From NCBI RefSeq assembly GCF_026571515.1, contig NW_026855379.1, positions 186,001 through 250,000 of the forward strand: a stretch of 64,000 nt of DNA, written 5' to 3'. The stretch's first letter is position 1. Each line of letters starts with the position of its first letter. Shown piece after piece: positions 1-12,356 of this stretch. Origin of the DNA: Ruditapes philippinarum. Lineage: Eukaryota. A model generated the notes under the pieces. That model worked only from the letters and a program-made list of their open reading frames with translations, was not told the origin of the DNA and did not search any database. Position numbers and translations under genes: made by a program.

Positions 1-38
1 TATCTTTTACATCATATAGAAATATCATTGTCTTGTAG

Positions 39-219
39 GTGTGAAGTTTTTAGAGTTCTCTACCCATCAGTCTCCTATATTTGCCCATCATGACTCCATA
101 ACGTACCAAGCAAGAGGAGCCCCAGGTGGTGTACCACCGGATCTCCCCAGGGTACCAGCAGAGAGAGAGCTGAGGCAACCCCCACCCCCGCAAGAACTGC
201 CCAAGGTCTATGACAGGAG
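39..219 (+). CDS. ALMS1: ALMS1 coding exon (Pro-rich)
   Basis: ttgtag acceptor at 38, open frame VKFLEFSTHQ...LPKVYDR, donor gag|gtaatc; phase fits the next exon. Confidence 0.75.
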
Positions 220-3200
220 GTAATCATCATTTTATTGTGATTTTGAAGCTTAAAATAAATTTTTATGTTTTGTCCTTAGTGGCTGAGTCGTTAAGGACGC
301 TGACATTAAACCGCTGGCCCCACATCACTGTAAGTTCATAACCCACTAGTGACTTTCAAATTCTTTCCTGTGAAAAAGGAATAGCTGTCCAGCTAGCTTT
401 GGGAAAGTTGGTGGTTCTATTCAAGTGTTTTATTGTGCGTGAAATAATGCATGGTGGTTTTCACCCACTAGGAATAGCTTGAAAGTTGCCACATGACTTT
501 AACAAAGTGTTGTTGTGATTTAAAATTTATGCTTCTTTACCTTATAATACATTAAGGAAAGAAGACCAAACTCTCTTGTTCTTATCGGCTTATAAATAAA
601 TCACATGATATTTTAAAAAGAGAACTAATAACTACCCGGTAAAAGAAATCATGTTTCACATAAGTTCAAAGATCAAAAATAATTTCGGAGGTCATTTGTT
701 ACAAATTTAATTAGGACCCTATATATTTTTATTCTAGACCGGTCTTAGATGCAGGAGATGACATTAAAACCTCTGTTGACCCACCTAGCTATCCATTACG
801 ACCTCTAGAACCAGTTGAACCTCCTGTACGACCTTTAGAGGCAGGGTCAAGGTCAACTGTTCCCAGATCAGTTGATGCCCTTGGTCCAGTTGACCTTGGA
901 GCTGACCCTAGGAAAATGGGTCACATGAGGAGGACAGTGACTGATACAGATAGAGCAAAGTCTCCACTCAATGTTAGACAAAAGGTAAAGTTTCTTCATG
1001 GTATAGATTGTATGATTATATCATACCTGAGGTGTGTAAAAACAATACTCAAATGTTGAGGTTTTTTAACTTTTTTATCACTTTATTGGTAGTTAAAACT
1101 TAAAACCCCATACATTGTCACCTTTGTGCAATAACTGGTTAACTCCTATAAAATATAGAAGGACTTAACCCACTACTACACTAAGGTGACAACATTTTCA
1201 TTTTTTCATGGATAGTGCAACAGGGTTCTCATTCACAGAATAATGTTGTTGTTTTGTGTGGTTGGTTTAAGGCATTACTATCAGTCTGAATAATTTCGGA
1301 CTTTTTCTGGTCCTGAACGTTAAATGTCACTTTATTGGTAGTTAAAACTTAAAACCCCATACATTGTCACCTTTGTGCAATAACTGGTTAACTCCTATTA
1401 GATATAGAAGGACTTAACCCACTACTACACTAAGGTGACAACATTTTCATTTTTTCATGGATAGTGCAATAGGGTTCTCATTCACAGAATAATGTTGTTG
1501 TTTTGTGTGGCTGGTTTAAGGCATTACTATCAGTCTGAATAATTTCTGACTTTTTCTGGTCCTGAACGTTAAGTGTCACTCTTATTTTAACCCACAGTAT
1601 GCTAAATGTCTGTAATAACATGTCTTTCTGTCAATTTAGTACTGTCCAACGTTACTAGGATTTTGGCTGATTAGTTTGATTACATGAACTTTGATATTAA
1701 AATACATGTATCTTAAAATTCAAATTGTTAGGTCCAGAGTCAAAGCTAGGCAAGTCCATTACCCTAATTTCTGTAAATTTGACTTTTTGAAAAAAATTTT
1801 TTTTCACTTAAAAAGGCATACAATTGCATTTTTTCTTTATAAGGCCATTTGTTCACATGAAAAAAAAATAGGGATAATTACTGTATTGATTGTTATTGAT
1901 TGTAGAAAGTAATTATTGAAAAGAAATAGTAAATACTACAGCATTGTCGACGGTTAAAGATAAATGACACATTGGTATTTTACGTATTGAATACTGAAAT
2001 GTTATACATAGATTTAAAATATTTTCAGCACCGCTTGAAAAATAATGATCAAAAGTTATTCATCTTAGGATTCCAATTTAAACCCTTTTATAAATCCTTG
2101 AAAAATCGAAACATTTGAAGGTTTCATTCAGTAGAACAATGATTGTCATAAAAATAAAACTTGTACAGTGACTGAAAAGGAGGTTTCATAGTTTGTGTGT
2201 AAAAATATTCATGATTTGGGAATTATTAAAGATATATGTGAGAGACAAGTATCGGGATGGGAAGTTATAAAAGTTTTCAATATTTTCAGGAGATGGAAGT
2301 TGAGTTGGAGAAGCTGAACAAGCAGCTGACTGACCAGGTGTAAGTACCTTCATTAGTATGGTTAAAAACTTTTGATTCAAAATTATATATTTTTTAACCA
2401 AGTTTAAGGTCCTTTTTTTATACTTTCTTTTCATAATACGTTCAAAAATATATATTTCAGCTCAATTATGGTGAAATCTTAGAGCTTGTTTAAACCAGTA
2501 TGTACTGCCATAGCTGAGTGGCTAAAGTCACAAACTAAGCATCACTTGCCTCTAAAAATTCAAGTCTTCAATTTTCACGTCATATATTTGCTTAACTTTG
2601 TGATTCGTTGTACAATACGCCTATTACTCTTTTATAGGAACGAAATTCAGGAAAAGAGACAAGAGGAAAACTTTGAAGACAATTTCCCACCAAGTAAAAA
2701 GGCTCAAGCTCTGAGAGAAGTGCTGGAACAAGAATACAATGATAAAGTTCCTCCCAACATTAATGACATGTGGGCCAGGTTTAAAGAACGTAAGGAACAG
2801 TCCATGTCAGAGAGCAGTTTGAATAGTACACGCCTGGACGCCTTGTCCGGACTGTTACATAACCCCACTCATCATGAAGTGAATTCATTTGTTAAAGAGA
2901 AGAAAGAATTAATCGATAAACAGAAACAAGATGAAATTGAAAGGGCAGAAATACTGCATCAGGAAAGGTTACGGGAAAAAGAAATGGAACGAAAGGTTAC
3001 TGCTGAGAAATCTGCTCAGTTAAGGAGTTTGCGGAGACAGGAGATGAGAAACAGGCAAGGATTGAGTGAGGAAGAAAGTAACGGAAGTTATTCAGAAATT
3101 CTGTTGGAAAATGAAAGAAAAAGAGAAGAAAGGCGGAGGAAGGATGAAACTAGGAGAGAAAGAAAGGAAAGAAAAGAGGGGAGAGTCAAATCGCCAAATA

Positions 3201-6200
3201 AATCTCCAAGTAAGTCACCAAGTAAAAATGTGCCAGAACAAAGAAATGAGGACAGAAAAAAAGAGAGGAACAGAAAAACTAAAGATGAAGGGTCTGTGAC
3301 AGACATAAGAGCAAGAAATAGTTCTAACAGGCACAGTGACACCATGGATACGCTGTTCTCCATACCTGAAGATGCCAGTTTTGAGCAATCTCCGACAAAA
3401 GCAGAGTCTGAGATGCGATCAAGACAGAGGAGACACAGGCATGTTATTGATCCTTTGATGAAGAAATTACGTGACAAAATTAAGATGCAGAGAGTGAAAA
3501 TTGATAAAGAAAGAAGAAAAGAACTGCAGCGTGTTGAGAAACTTAAAAAGTTAGAAATGTTACTGAATGCTAAAACAAAAGGAAAACTCTCAGACAAAGC
3601 TATTGATGTAGAATTAGGTAATGTGTCCTCTACAACAAGTGTAAGTCAGACAGAAAGCTCCAGAATGTCAGATTCAACTATAACGGGTTATTCCACACCT
3701 ATTGATTCCGACTTATCATCACAAGGTTCTACAACTCTAAAAGACAGTACGTTAGATAGTGCTATCAAATTACAGGTTAAGAAATATCCAAATGAAGCAT
3801 ACAGAGGTCAAAGAGCAACGCACTATGTTGATTCTGATACCACTGAGACATCCGATTTTAGCAACATAATTGTTGAAAGGGTGCCTGAAAGAAAGTCTGA
3901 AAAGAAAGTTAAAGATAAAAAATCATCATCTTCCAAAGGAAAGAAAGTTCGAGTTGATGAGTACGGTAATAAAATCAGAAAAGATAAGAAAGATAAGAAA
4001 AGAAAGGATGTATTTGGTGTACAGTTCACAGAGAAAGACATTGCGAATCAGATAAAGCGTTACGAGAACTACATGACGCCAGAGCGGGCGATGAGAATGA
4101 GGGTCGAGAACTATTTGTCACCACAGAAACATGGCCGTATGTGCGATGCCAGCACTATGTATCCTTCACCTATTACAGTAAGTCCACCATCACGACGAAG
4201 AATGAGGGAAGTACTGATGAAGTCAGAAGCTATCCAAACCAGTCCAGCATTAAGGTCGTCAAGTCCATCTCATGCTTATGATGAGGTTCCTGTAGCACCA
4301 GTGCCTTATATGTCTCAGAAAAACAATAAAACTTCCAAAAGGAGGCCATCAAAATCACCTTCAAGGTCAGTCCAGACTTCATTTTCAACATCTCCTCCAA
4401 GAAAAACATCAAGATCACCTTCTACTAGACAGACTTCAAGGTCTCCTGTTGCGCCTAGGAGAAGATTTAGCCCACCAATCACAAGAAGGCAGGCACAGTC
4501 TCCAATTTGGAAGCCAGAGTCAGAAACTGTGCCTCCAGAAAACAGCATGTTCACACCAGAAGGGGATGAAAACACTGCTCCCAATACTAAACATAAAAAG
4601 GAAGGTAAGTGTAGACTACTTGAAATATGACTTACAAGATTATCTTTTAATAATTAGGGTAATACTTTGTAGTTGTGTTTTCTTGTCCGTTCAAAGAACA
4701 AGGGAAGCTATTGTACTGGCATCTGTGTCAGCGCTACTGCTTCACTTTGTTAAAAAAATTTGTGAGCAAGTTTGTATCTCCAAAACTACTGAAGGGAATA
4801 GGTGGAAACTTCACACACTTCAGAGTATATTTGGAGGTCACTGTCCAAGGCCTATAACTCTTACTTTGATTTTGATAGAATAATGCCCCTTTTTGAACTT
4901 TGTATATTATCCAGTCTCTTGTTTTACTATTAAGCTCTAAGAATAGTGGAGCTTACTGTCCTACTGATAGCTCTTGGTTTTTGTTGTTAACTAAGCTATG
5001 TTTATTTTTTTCTGCAAGATAGTAGGACTCATTTCAAGAAAGAAAGATGTATTTAATCTAGAGACTTTATATATCCAGTTTACTGCTGTTCTTTTGATTA
5101 CTGAGTTTTATTATTATAATTTTTATAGCGGAGAGCTGGTTTATCTCTATGAAGCCATCGCAACCATGGAGACAACCTTTGAAGGAGCGTCAAGCTTTCT
5201 CAGCTAGACAAGAGGCTTGGGAACCTAAATCTGTGTCACAGTCTACATGGAGAGATATTATCCATGGTGATGTCCTAAAAGACAAAGGAGATCCAAATGA
5301 TATTTCTAGAGACACAAAGTTTGACCTTGACCCTGAGGGTCAGCCAATGGGAGAAGATGACACATTGACAGATTCTGAGGAGGAAGTTGATGTAATTGGA
5401 TCAAAACCACTGAATAAAATGTCACTACAGGTTAGATGCACTTAAATACTAGAATTTTAAAGTGTCAGTGTAGTAAGAACTTTCAATGTTTTGACATGCG
5501 TGATATTTATAAAATTCAAAAGTAAAAACAGATAATAAATCATTTAATTTTGTTGATCAGATCTTTAGACTTGAAGTATGTATAAAGAACACACTGATAT
5601 ATATCAAGTCTGCTTGGTATAAATTCCATTCAATCTTATTATTTCTTTAACTATAGTTTACAATAAAATGTGTGATATGTTTGCCTTTAGTGGTCAGTTT
5701 AACCTTAATCAAAAAGATTAATTTTCCTCTTTGTTTTATAATTTGTTAATTAAATTGCAATTATGGAATTCAGTGGAAACAAATTTTCTTCAATGACTGT
5801 TTATTATTGTTATTCAGAAATACTAGAATTTTTTCTTTTTTTTTTGCTATAGGAAGCGTTTCAAGCAAGAAGGGCGAACACAATATCACGGTTACGTGAG
5901 AGACAGAAGAGGTTAAACCTAGCTGCAGAACAGAGGAAGATGGAGGTGTTCCTACAGATGGAGAGAGACCGACTCTTCCAAGAGGAGAGAAGAAAAGAAG
6001 CCAACCCCGATGCTCATCCTTATAGTGGTAAAAAAAAAATAGACTTGTATACATTATATATTATATAGTAAAACTTTATAAAGCAAAACAGTGTGATACA
6101 GTCTAAGCTTTAAATTTCATTTTTTTTTACACAGTAAAAACTTATGCTGAAAAATAATCTCAATATTAAGACTGTACATAGAAGATCTGTCTTAAAGGGC

Positions 6201-9200
6201 CTTTATGTTCATTACAAAACAATTTTGTCTTTTCACTTAGATTTTTATATAGATTGCAGTGTTGACATATGATGTGGTAAAAGTATTGAAAAAAGTTGTT
6301 AGAAAGTTAATGTTTGATTAACCGTTTCCATGCAAATTTTTTTTTTTTTTACCTTACAAACATTAGGGGAAAAATATAGTTTTCCTGTTTTCAGACCAAA
6401 ACTGTCCATCTACCAAAAAAATAATTACTATATAATTGTGATATACAACTTTTTCCTTAGCCCCCACTTAATTTGATCATATTTGAAAATGAGATAATTA
6501 CTTATGTGATTTTAAGGTTTGAATCAAGCAGTTTATTTCTTTTTTTAATTTCTGCTTGTGGCATATAATATGGGGAAACTGAGTATGGCTTGCAGGATAA
6601 AGAACATATTTGGCAGTGTGATAATCTGGTAATGGATAAGTTATATATATGAAATAATTTCAATCTTCTTTCATAGATAACCTCCACAGGCCAACTAGAA
6701 GGGTGATCACCAAGGAAGAAATGAAGGAAATGACAAAAAAGTAAGAACATCCTATATTCAAATATTATTAAACTATTGTATTTTGTCATAGACTTTCATG
6801 GTGTTTGAATGTGTATTGTTAAAACAATGTTTTTTTTTTAAGTAACAAAGTAAAAACTTTTATACACCAACAGTGAGTCTGAGAGAATCTTGTGAGTCTA
6901 GTCCAGTTTGCAAGCTGGCCTTTAATGTATATTGATGACATAAAAAATTTTCACCACCAAAGTTCTTAGAAATATCAGGCATACAAACTCTTGTGCTCTG
7001 TTAGGCGTGGTTGTATAATCACTGTATGGAAAGCTCAAGGCATTCTCTGAGTTGAAGGGGTGTCTAACTACTTTGAATGCATTGTTTGTGCCACCATTTA
7101 ATCCTTGAACTTGTGGTTTGACATTTGCCTAGTTTAGGTATTATTACCATTAAAAAAATGTCCGAATGCAAGGATTTGTAGCATTTTTTCTGTTTTTAAG
7201 TCGTCTTTAAATGCAAGGGTTTATGGCATTTTCAGTTTTGAGGTCATCTAATTAATAAATGCAAGGTTTGTGGCATTTTCAGTTTTGAGGTCATCTAATT
7301 AATGAATGCAAGGTTTGTGGCATTTCTGTGTTTAGAGTGTCTTAAGTCTGAAGTACTTGTGTTTAGCATGGCCAAACCATTAAATTCAGGTCTTTGATAT
7401 AGTCAAGTTTTATATCAGTATATCACTAACTGTGTAGTAAATTATAATATTGACCTGCTGGTTAATGACATAAAATTCATAAAGTGTAGTGACTAAGGTG
7501 TGAACATAATATAATTTTATTACATCAACTGTCAATTATATGATTTGTTTGATAGACAAGACAATTCAACCTGTCTTCATTAAATATAATGTTATAGGTT
7601 TTTAAGCCCCCACAGTAGTTTTGGTTACTATAGTAACATAAATATTTTAAAGAAATGCCTTAAAAGACTGATTCTATAACAGCCTAAAAGTATAGTCATG
7701 ATTTTATGAAACTGATTTGAATGGTAATTCATATTTTTCTGCAGTTGCTATGGTAACAGAAATAATCAAAATGAGGCTCTTAAATATTGACTGTGACCAA
7801 TATCTCAAACAGCGTGTATTTAAGCTAGGTTAAATTTATTTGATATAAATGTAAATATGTACGAATATTTTGGTAATGGATGCATGTAGAATGTTCACTT
7901 TAGTTGGTTGTTGTTTTTTTTAATTTTTAAGATAAATTGTTGTTAAAGTATATGCATCTGTATCTAGTGAATTATTTTTTTATATAAATTCTATAATTTA
8001 AAAGGTGATTTTATTTTGCTTCCATAAGCTTATGGTCAATTCTCAAGTTGAAAGATATAATGTCTGTGTTAATATGTTAATAAACACACATAAATATGTC
8101 TCTGTTATAGACACACTTGAATTTTGCACATGTATATAAACAGAATTAAATATAAAATGTTCTGGAAGAAAATAGTATGAAGTTATTTTAAGAAGGGGTT
8201 TATCCATTTCTATTCGCTTATAGCCATCCAAGAATAAGATAATGAAAATTTACTGAATAGTCAGAACTGGAAGGGGACTTATACCAGTTGTTATTCCAGC
8301 CACCATTGCTTATATTATATTGATCATGTAAAATATTGGTCGCACATAACAATTAAATTAGTCATTAATTACACATACATCATTTTAGATGGTATGTTAG
8401 TCAGTAATTACTGATATATTATTCCAGGTGTTGTGTTAGTCATTAATTTACACATGATGTATTAATTATTTCAGACGTTACAAAAAGTTACCGGAGGTGT
8501 TGGAGCAACAAAAAATGAAGAAACGTCAGGATGAATATTCGCTCAATAGAGTTAAAGCTCGCCTATTCAATAGGGTAAATATTCTAAATGAACATATCCC
8601 TAGTAACTTATAAAATAGTAGTCCATTTTATTGTCTTAAAGCTGTATGCCTCCATATGAGCCAAAATATTTTAAGAAAATCAATATTGAGAAAAATGTAC
8701 TTAAATTTTAAGAAAGGTAAAAACATTCAAGATCCAAGTTGTATTTTATTTTACATGTTATGTGCGGTTTAAGACTGATTTTGCAGTATTTTATCACCAT
8801 ATTTCTACTGCTTACTAATGCAGTAAGGGATGTTTTTTTTAATGTTGACCACTTTTTGTTAATTTTCTTGGGATTGTTATGCCATTTGCAATATGTAAAT
8901 TGATTTATTTGTTCACCTCACAATATTATACTTTTAAATACATTTCCAAAATTTTCATGAAAATTAACATGAATCTGGAGGCGTGCTGCTTTAATTTATT
9001 GAATGTTTCATACCAATTCACACTATATGAGCCCTCTATAGTGAGATGGTTTAGGTTGATAATTGAGCCGCGTCACAACAAAACCAACATAATGGGTTTG
9101 CGACCAGCATGGATCCAGACCAGTCTGCGCCTCCGTGCAGTCTGATCAGGATCCATGCTGTTCGCTATCAGTTTCTCTACTTGTAATAAAGTTGGTAAGG

Positions 9201-10273
9201 GAACAGCATGGATCCTGATCAGACTGTGCGTTTGCGCAGGCTGGTCTGGATCCATGCTGGTCGCAAACCCATTATGTTGGTTTTGTCGTGATTCCGCTGA
9301 TATTATTTTTTTCATCGAAGGAACTGGCTACATTATATGTTATTTTGGTTTTGGAGTGATATATGTGGATATATTACCTGTTAAGATTTTATATCACCCG
9401 AGCCGTTAGGCGAGGGTGATATTTTATCTTGGCAGGTAATATATCCACATATATCACTCCAAAACCAAAATAATAATTTTATTACCCTTCCCCTGCCGAG
9501 TTTAGACGATTTTTTAAAAAATCATTGCTGTTTCAAATGAAACATCAAATAAGATTCCCTTTAGGATACCACTTCGTCACAACATGATGTCACATAAATA
9601 CATGACGTATTTTTCCCGTACCTTACGAAAGTAAACAAGAGAAAAGGAGTAGTCTGTTGAACACACTTTTTTGTAATTAATATCAAGCTTTCACAAGGTC
9701 ATATTTGTTTTCGATACTGATGATTATATGCATCATTACTCTACTTTGGTAAATATTTATCATTTGACAGTTAAAAAGTGCTTTTAAATCGGAATTTACA
9801 CCGCGTAAAATCGAACCGTACGCGCATCACCTCAGCGCATATTGTTTACAACGTTGGGTACCAAACGGGGAAATTTAGTGTGTATATTACCCGTCTGGCT
9901 CGGTTATATCAATTTCTTTCGGGTGATCAATATCCAATCAAAAAGGCGGAAAAAATCTGGAAGGGTAATAAAATTGAATGGTTGTGTCTGAAAACAATGC
10001 ATTAAAGCTCATTTAAGATCTTCTACCCCCATTAAAACTGGCAAGTTACCATATAACCTTAATAGTGACTGTATGTAACTTTCAAAGTCGGCCACTCTTT
10101 AAAAAAACAAAAAAACAACTGGATCGGCTATGTTATTTTAATCTTTGTTCATGGCTATAATGTAAATAGAATTCTTCCGACTCTATATTGATTCTGATGT
10201 TTATATTAGCTTTTTTTATTTTCAGAAAATACAAAAAAAGGTTCTAGTGAAAGCAGAGAAGTGGGGAAGATAA
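39..10273 (+). CDS. ALMS1: ALMS1 (Alstrom syndrome centrosomal protein) orthologue, 3' part; spliced CDS 39-219, 738-984, 2290-2339, 2638-4604, 5129-5430, 5853-6027, 6677-6740, 8475-8574, 10226-10273; 5' end lies upstream of the window
   Basis: All nine exons have AG acceptors, the eight internal introns are GT-AG and the phases join without stops (2,0,2,1,0,1,2,0). C-terminus SLQEAFQARRANTISRLRERQKRL...RRVITKEEMKEMTKKRYKKLPEV...RQDEYSLNRVKARLFNRKIQKKVL is the ALMS motif. Upstream motifs SWF...PWRQPLKE and INDMWARFKER...RLDALSGLLHNP match my recollection of ALMS1-specific segments. Confidence 0.9.
272..525 (+). mobile_element. Degenerate Meta-type tRNA SINE in ALMS1 intron
   Basis: Colinear decayed match to the 12357-12638 element (gtggctgagtcgttaaggacgctgac; ttctttcctgtgaa; gtggttcta; gaaataatgcatgg). 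Confidence 0.7.
738..984 (+). CDS. ALMS1: ALMS1 coding exon (not in ORF track)
   Basis: attctag acceptor; open frame PVLDAGDDIKTSVDPPSYPLRPLEPVEPP...AKSPLNVRQK; donor aag|gtaaag. Confidence 0.8.
1078..1580. repeat. Near-perfect tandem duplication, 2 x ~249 bp, in ALMS1 intron
   Basis: tcactttattggtagttaaaac...ggtcctgaacgttaa starts at 1078 and again at 1327 with only a few mismatches. Confidence 0.9.
2290..2339 (+). CDS. ALMS1: ALMS1 50-nt coding exon
   Basis: ttttcag acceptor; EMEVELEKLNKQLTDQ; donor gt|gtaagt supplies the phase 2 needed to join the large exon. Confidence 0.75.
2638..4604 (+). CDS. ALMS1: ALMS1 large 1967-nt coding exon (charged coiled-coil and Ser/Pro-rich)
   Basis: Part of ORF 2486-4630; acceptor tttatag at 2637, donor gaag|gtaagt at 4605. 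Confidence 0.9.
4678..4980 (+). mobile_element. Degenerate Helentron-associated (HINE-like) non-autonomous element
   Basis: T-rich start, agctattgt, gaaacttcacaca, ataactct...aatgcccctttt core and gacagctcttgtt-like end, a layout typical of molluscan HINEs. Confidence 0.45.
5129..5430 (+). CDS. ALMS1: ALMS1 coding exon (SWF..PWRQPLKE motif)
   Basis: ttttatag acceptor, cag|gttaga donor, frame of ORF 5149-5445. Confidence 0.9.
5853..6027 (+). CDS. ALMS1: ALMS1 coding exon, ALMS motif part 1
   Basis: Polypyrimidine tract plus ctatag; EAFQARRANTISRLRERQKRLNLAAEQRKMEVFLQMERDRLF; donor g|gtaaaa. Confidence 0.9.
6677..6740 (+). CDS. ALMS1: ALMS1 coding exon, ALMS motif part 2
   Basis: ttcatag acceptor; DNLHRPTRRVITKEEMKEMTK; donor aa|gtaaga. 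Confidence 0.88.
7165..7335. repeat. Short tandem repeat, ~45-48 bp unit, ~4 copies
   Basis: aatgcaaggtttgtggcattttcagttttgaggtcatctaatt recurs. Confidence 0.75.
8475..8574 (+). CDS. ALMS1: ALMS1 coding exon, ALMS motif part 3
   Basis: tttcag acceptor; RYKKLPEVLEQQKMKKRQDEYSLNRVKARLFNR; donor agg|gtaaat. Confidence 0.9.
9065..9299. mobile_element. Sola2-like palindromic MITE copy 1
   Basis: TIR gagccgcgtcacRacaaaaccaacat; ~235 bp almost fully palindromic; 9 copies in window. Confidence 0.85.
9340..9971. mobile_element. Palindromic hairpin element (134-bp palindrome 9340-9473 plus an adjoining segment bounded by IR ttattacccttcc/ggaagggtaataa)
   Basis: Arms complementary; centre caccc-GA-gcc-GTTA-ggc-GA-gggtg; second IR at 9479-9491 and 9959-9971. 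Confidence 0.65.
10226..10273 (+). CDS. ALMS1: ALMS1 terminal coding exon
   Basis: ttttcag acceptor; KIQKKVLVKAEKWGR* completes the ALMS motif, including the near-terminal Trp. Confidence 0.85.
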   Translation, partial: KIQKKVLVKAEKWGR

Positions 10274-12356
10274 ACAGAACGGCGCTGGAGTGGAAATTGA
10301 TTTTGTGATAAATGTGGGAGTCTTCCTCTTGTTATTTTGCCTATAAATAGATATACGCCACTTGTTAAACGTCCTTCTGCAGCTACTCACTGGAAAGGAA
10401 AACAAATACTTTGACCTGAGATATTCGACTGCTGGCAAAAATAAAAAAAAAATATTGATAAAACAATTTGCTGAGTGGGTAATTATTAGAGATAAATCAA
10501 AACTGCAGTGTATGATTTTATCTTAAGTGTTAATTGACAAACTATTGATTTAAAAAATAATTTAAGTTGAAAGTACTTGCCATTATTTAGACAAGATTTT
10601 GTATGTTAACAAAAATTGAAAGTATTTTTCTAGACTCAATGACCTTCAGCTGAATAGATACAAGAGCTTTTACCAGAGTCGTTTTTAAAAATTATGAAGG
10701 TTTTTAAGTAGTTCCATTGGAAAATCAATTATAAAGCTTTCAATGTTTATGAAAGAGAAATAAAATTCAAATTTGTTTATTATACACGAAATGCTGAAGT
10801 TTAACAGTATGAAATCAGTGACGTGGAAAATTTGTGATTTAGTATTTATTATTGTTTCATATAATTTATGTATGCCTTATATTTTCGTACAAGTTAGGAT
10901 AGATAAATCATATATGTATGTACATGTATTAAAACTCGTTGAACAAAGCAAGGAATGCATGTTTGATGACATGTATACATCTTCAGTAATAAATTATCAA
11001 CAAATTTCTCCCCCACACTACTATGTTAACATTCAACTTGTCTTAGCTCCTTTTAGACCAAAGTAGACAAATTTTTTTTTTAATTTTCAAAGTACAAAAC
11101 ATAAATAACACGTTTTCTCCGGTGTTAATGTGATGTATAATCAACTTGCCTACAGCAAATACTGTTAAAACATCTTCTAGATTATGTAGTAAAAAGCAAA
11201 TTACAGTAATTAATTGATAATAAATAATGCATACAAAGTGCATCACATAATTAATTACAAATTAAAGTTTCATTAAATTGTTTAAAATTTAAGTTTCAAA
11301 TATTTTAGATGAAAAAAAACCTGTATACACATACATGGATTTGTCTGCTGTCATTTTGGAACAGTTCATTATCAATAGTTAGGTATATCATCGTGAAATT
11401 TTGATAATTTGCCAGTTGGCAATATAGAACTTTGTCATAATGCCCTATTATGCAACCTGGCGTAGTTTCAAACTATAACCAAAAGACTGAAATTTCATTA
11501 TTGTAACAGTTCATAATAAGTAATCCTTACCTCACTAAATAGTTAAAATGGACTTGTTCATCTTTTAATATGGACTAAATCATTCCTCATTTTTAGGGAA
11601 AATTTCAAAATTTGTACTTTCTGAATAGCAAACAGTGCAAATCATGATAAGATATTAGTTGATCTTGGTGTGCACTATTTGCATAGGTTGAATCAGTTTG
11701 CTGTCAGCAGGCTATGTATTTATGGTCTGTTAAGAAGAAATTTCTGTGATATTATTTGTTGTGTATTTAAATGTCTGTCTCTGTTATATTTGTTTGTTTA
11801 TTTACATTGTTTATGTACGATTTAGTTGAGTTTCGAACTTTTTTGAGTACAATGAATTTTTCTATATTTGAAAAACTGTGTATTTTATATGCTGAAATCG
11901 TTGAATAATTCAAATTCTTAAGCATTAAAATATTACTGTAAAGGAAATTATGTCATTTATTTTTAGACCTTAGAGTGCTAGACCCATGTGACCATGTGAC
12001 CAGACTTGTGGACATATAGGTCAAACTGTTTGGACATATTGGCCGGACTTTACGGAATTGGCCGGACAGACTATAAAGGTGGTCATTTTTTCAAAGGGTT
12101 TAGATACGCATTTAGTATTTATTTGAGTGTTGATACATTATTTTTGGACTTTTAGATTGTTCCAGATTTGAGTGTGTTAATATGTAGATTGTAGATATGT
12201 GTATTAGATAACTTATTTGTAACAGAGGTGTAAATTTCAATAATAAATAAATGTAAAACAAAGGAATACATGTATTTATCTTCTTTTTTAACAAAATTTA
12301 TCAGGTTTTATGTACACACAGTGTGCACAATGCTATTATATACTTTAGATATTTTA

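Noticed and set aside
2486-2637. N-terminal 51 codons of the 714-aa ORF
   Set aside because: Intronic read-through upstream of the acceptor at 2637; starts at TTG and includes a decayed SINE-like head
3088-4584. Minus-strand ORFs within the large exon, and similar antisense ORFs over the GPCRs
   Set aside because: Antisense shadows of real coding sequence
9073-9409. Recurrent ORFs such as MDPDQPA.. and AWILIRLRGCAGWSGSML in many places
   Set aside because: Translations of the palindromic MITE, not a gene family
9716-9725. CTGATGA cores as hammerhead ribozymes (also ~4215, ~51326)
   Set aside because: No flanking helices or correctly placed GAAA/NUH seen
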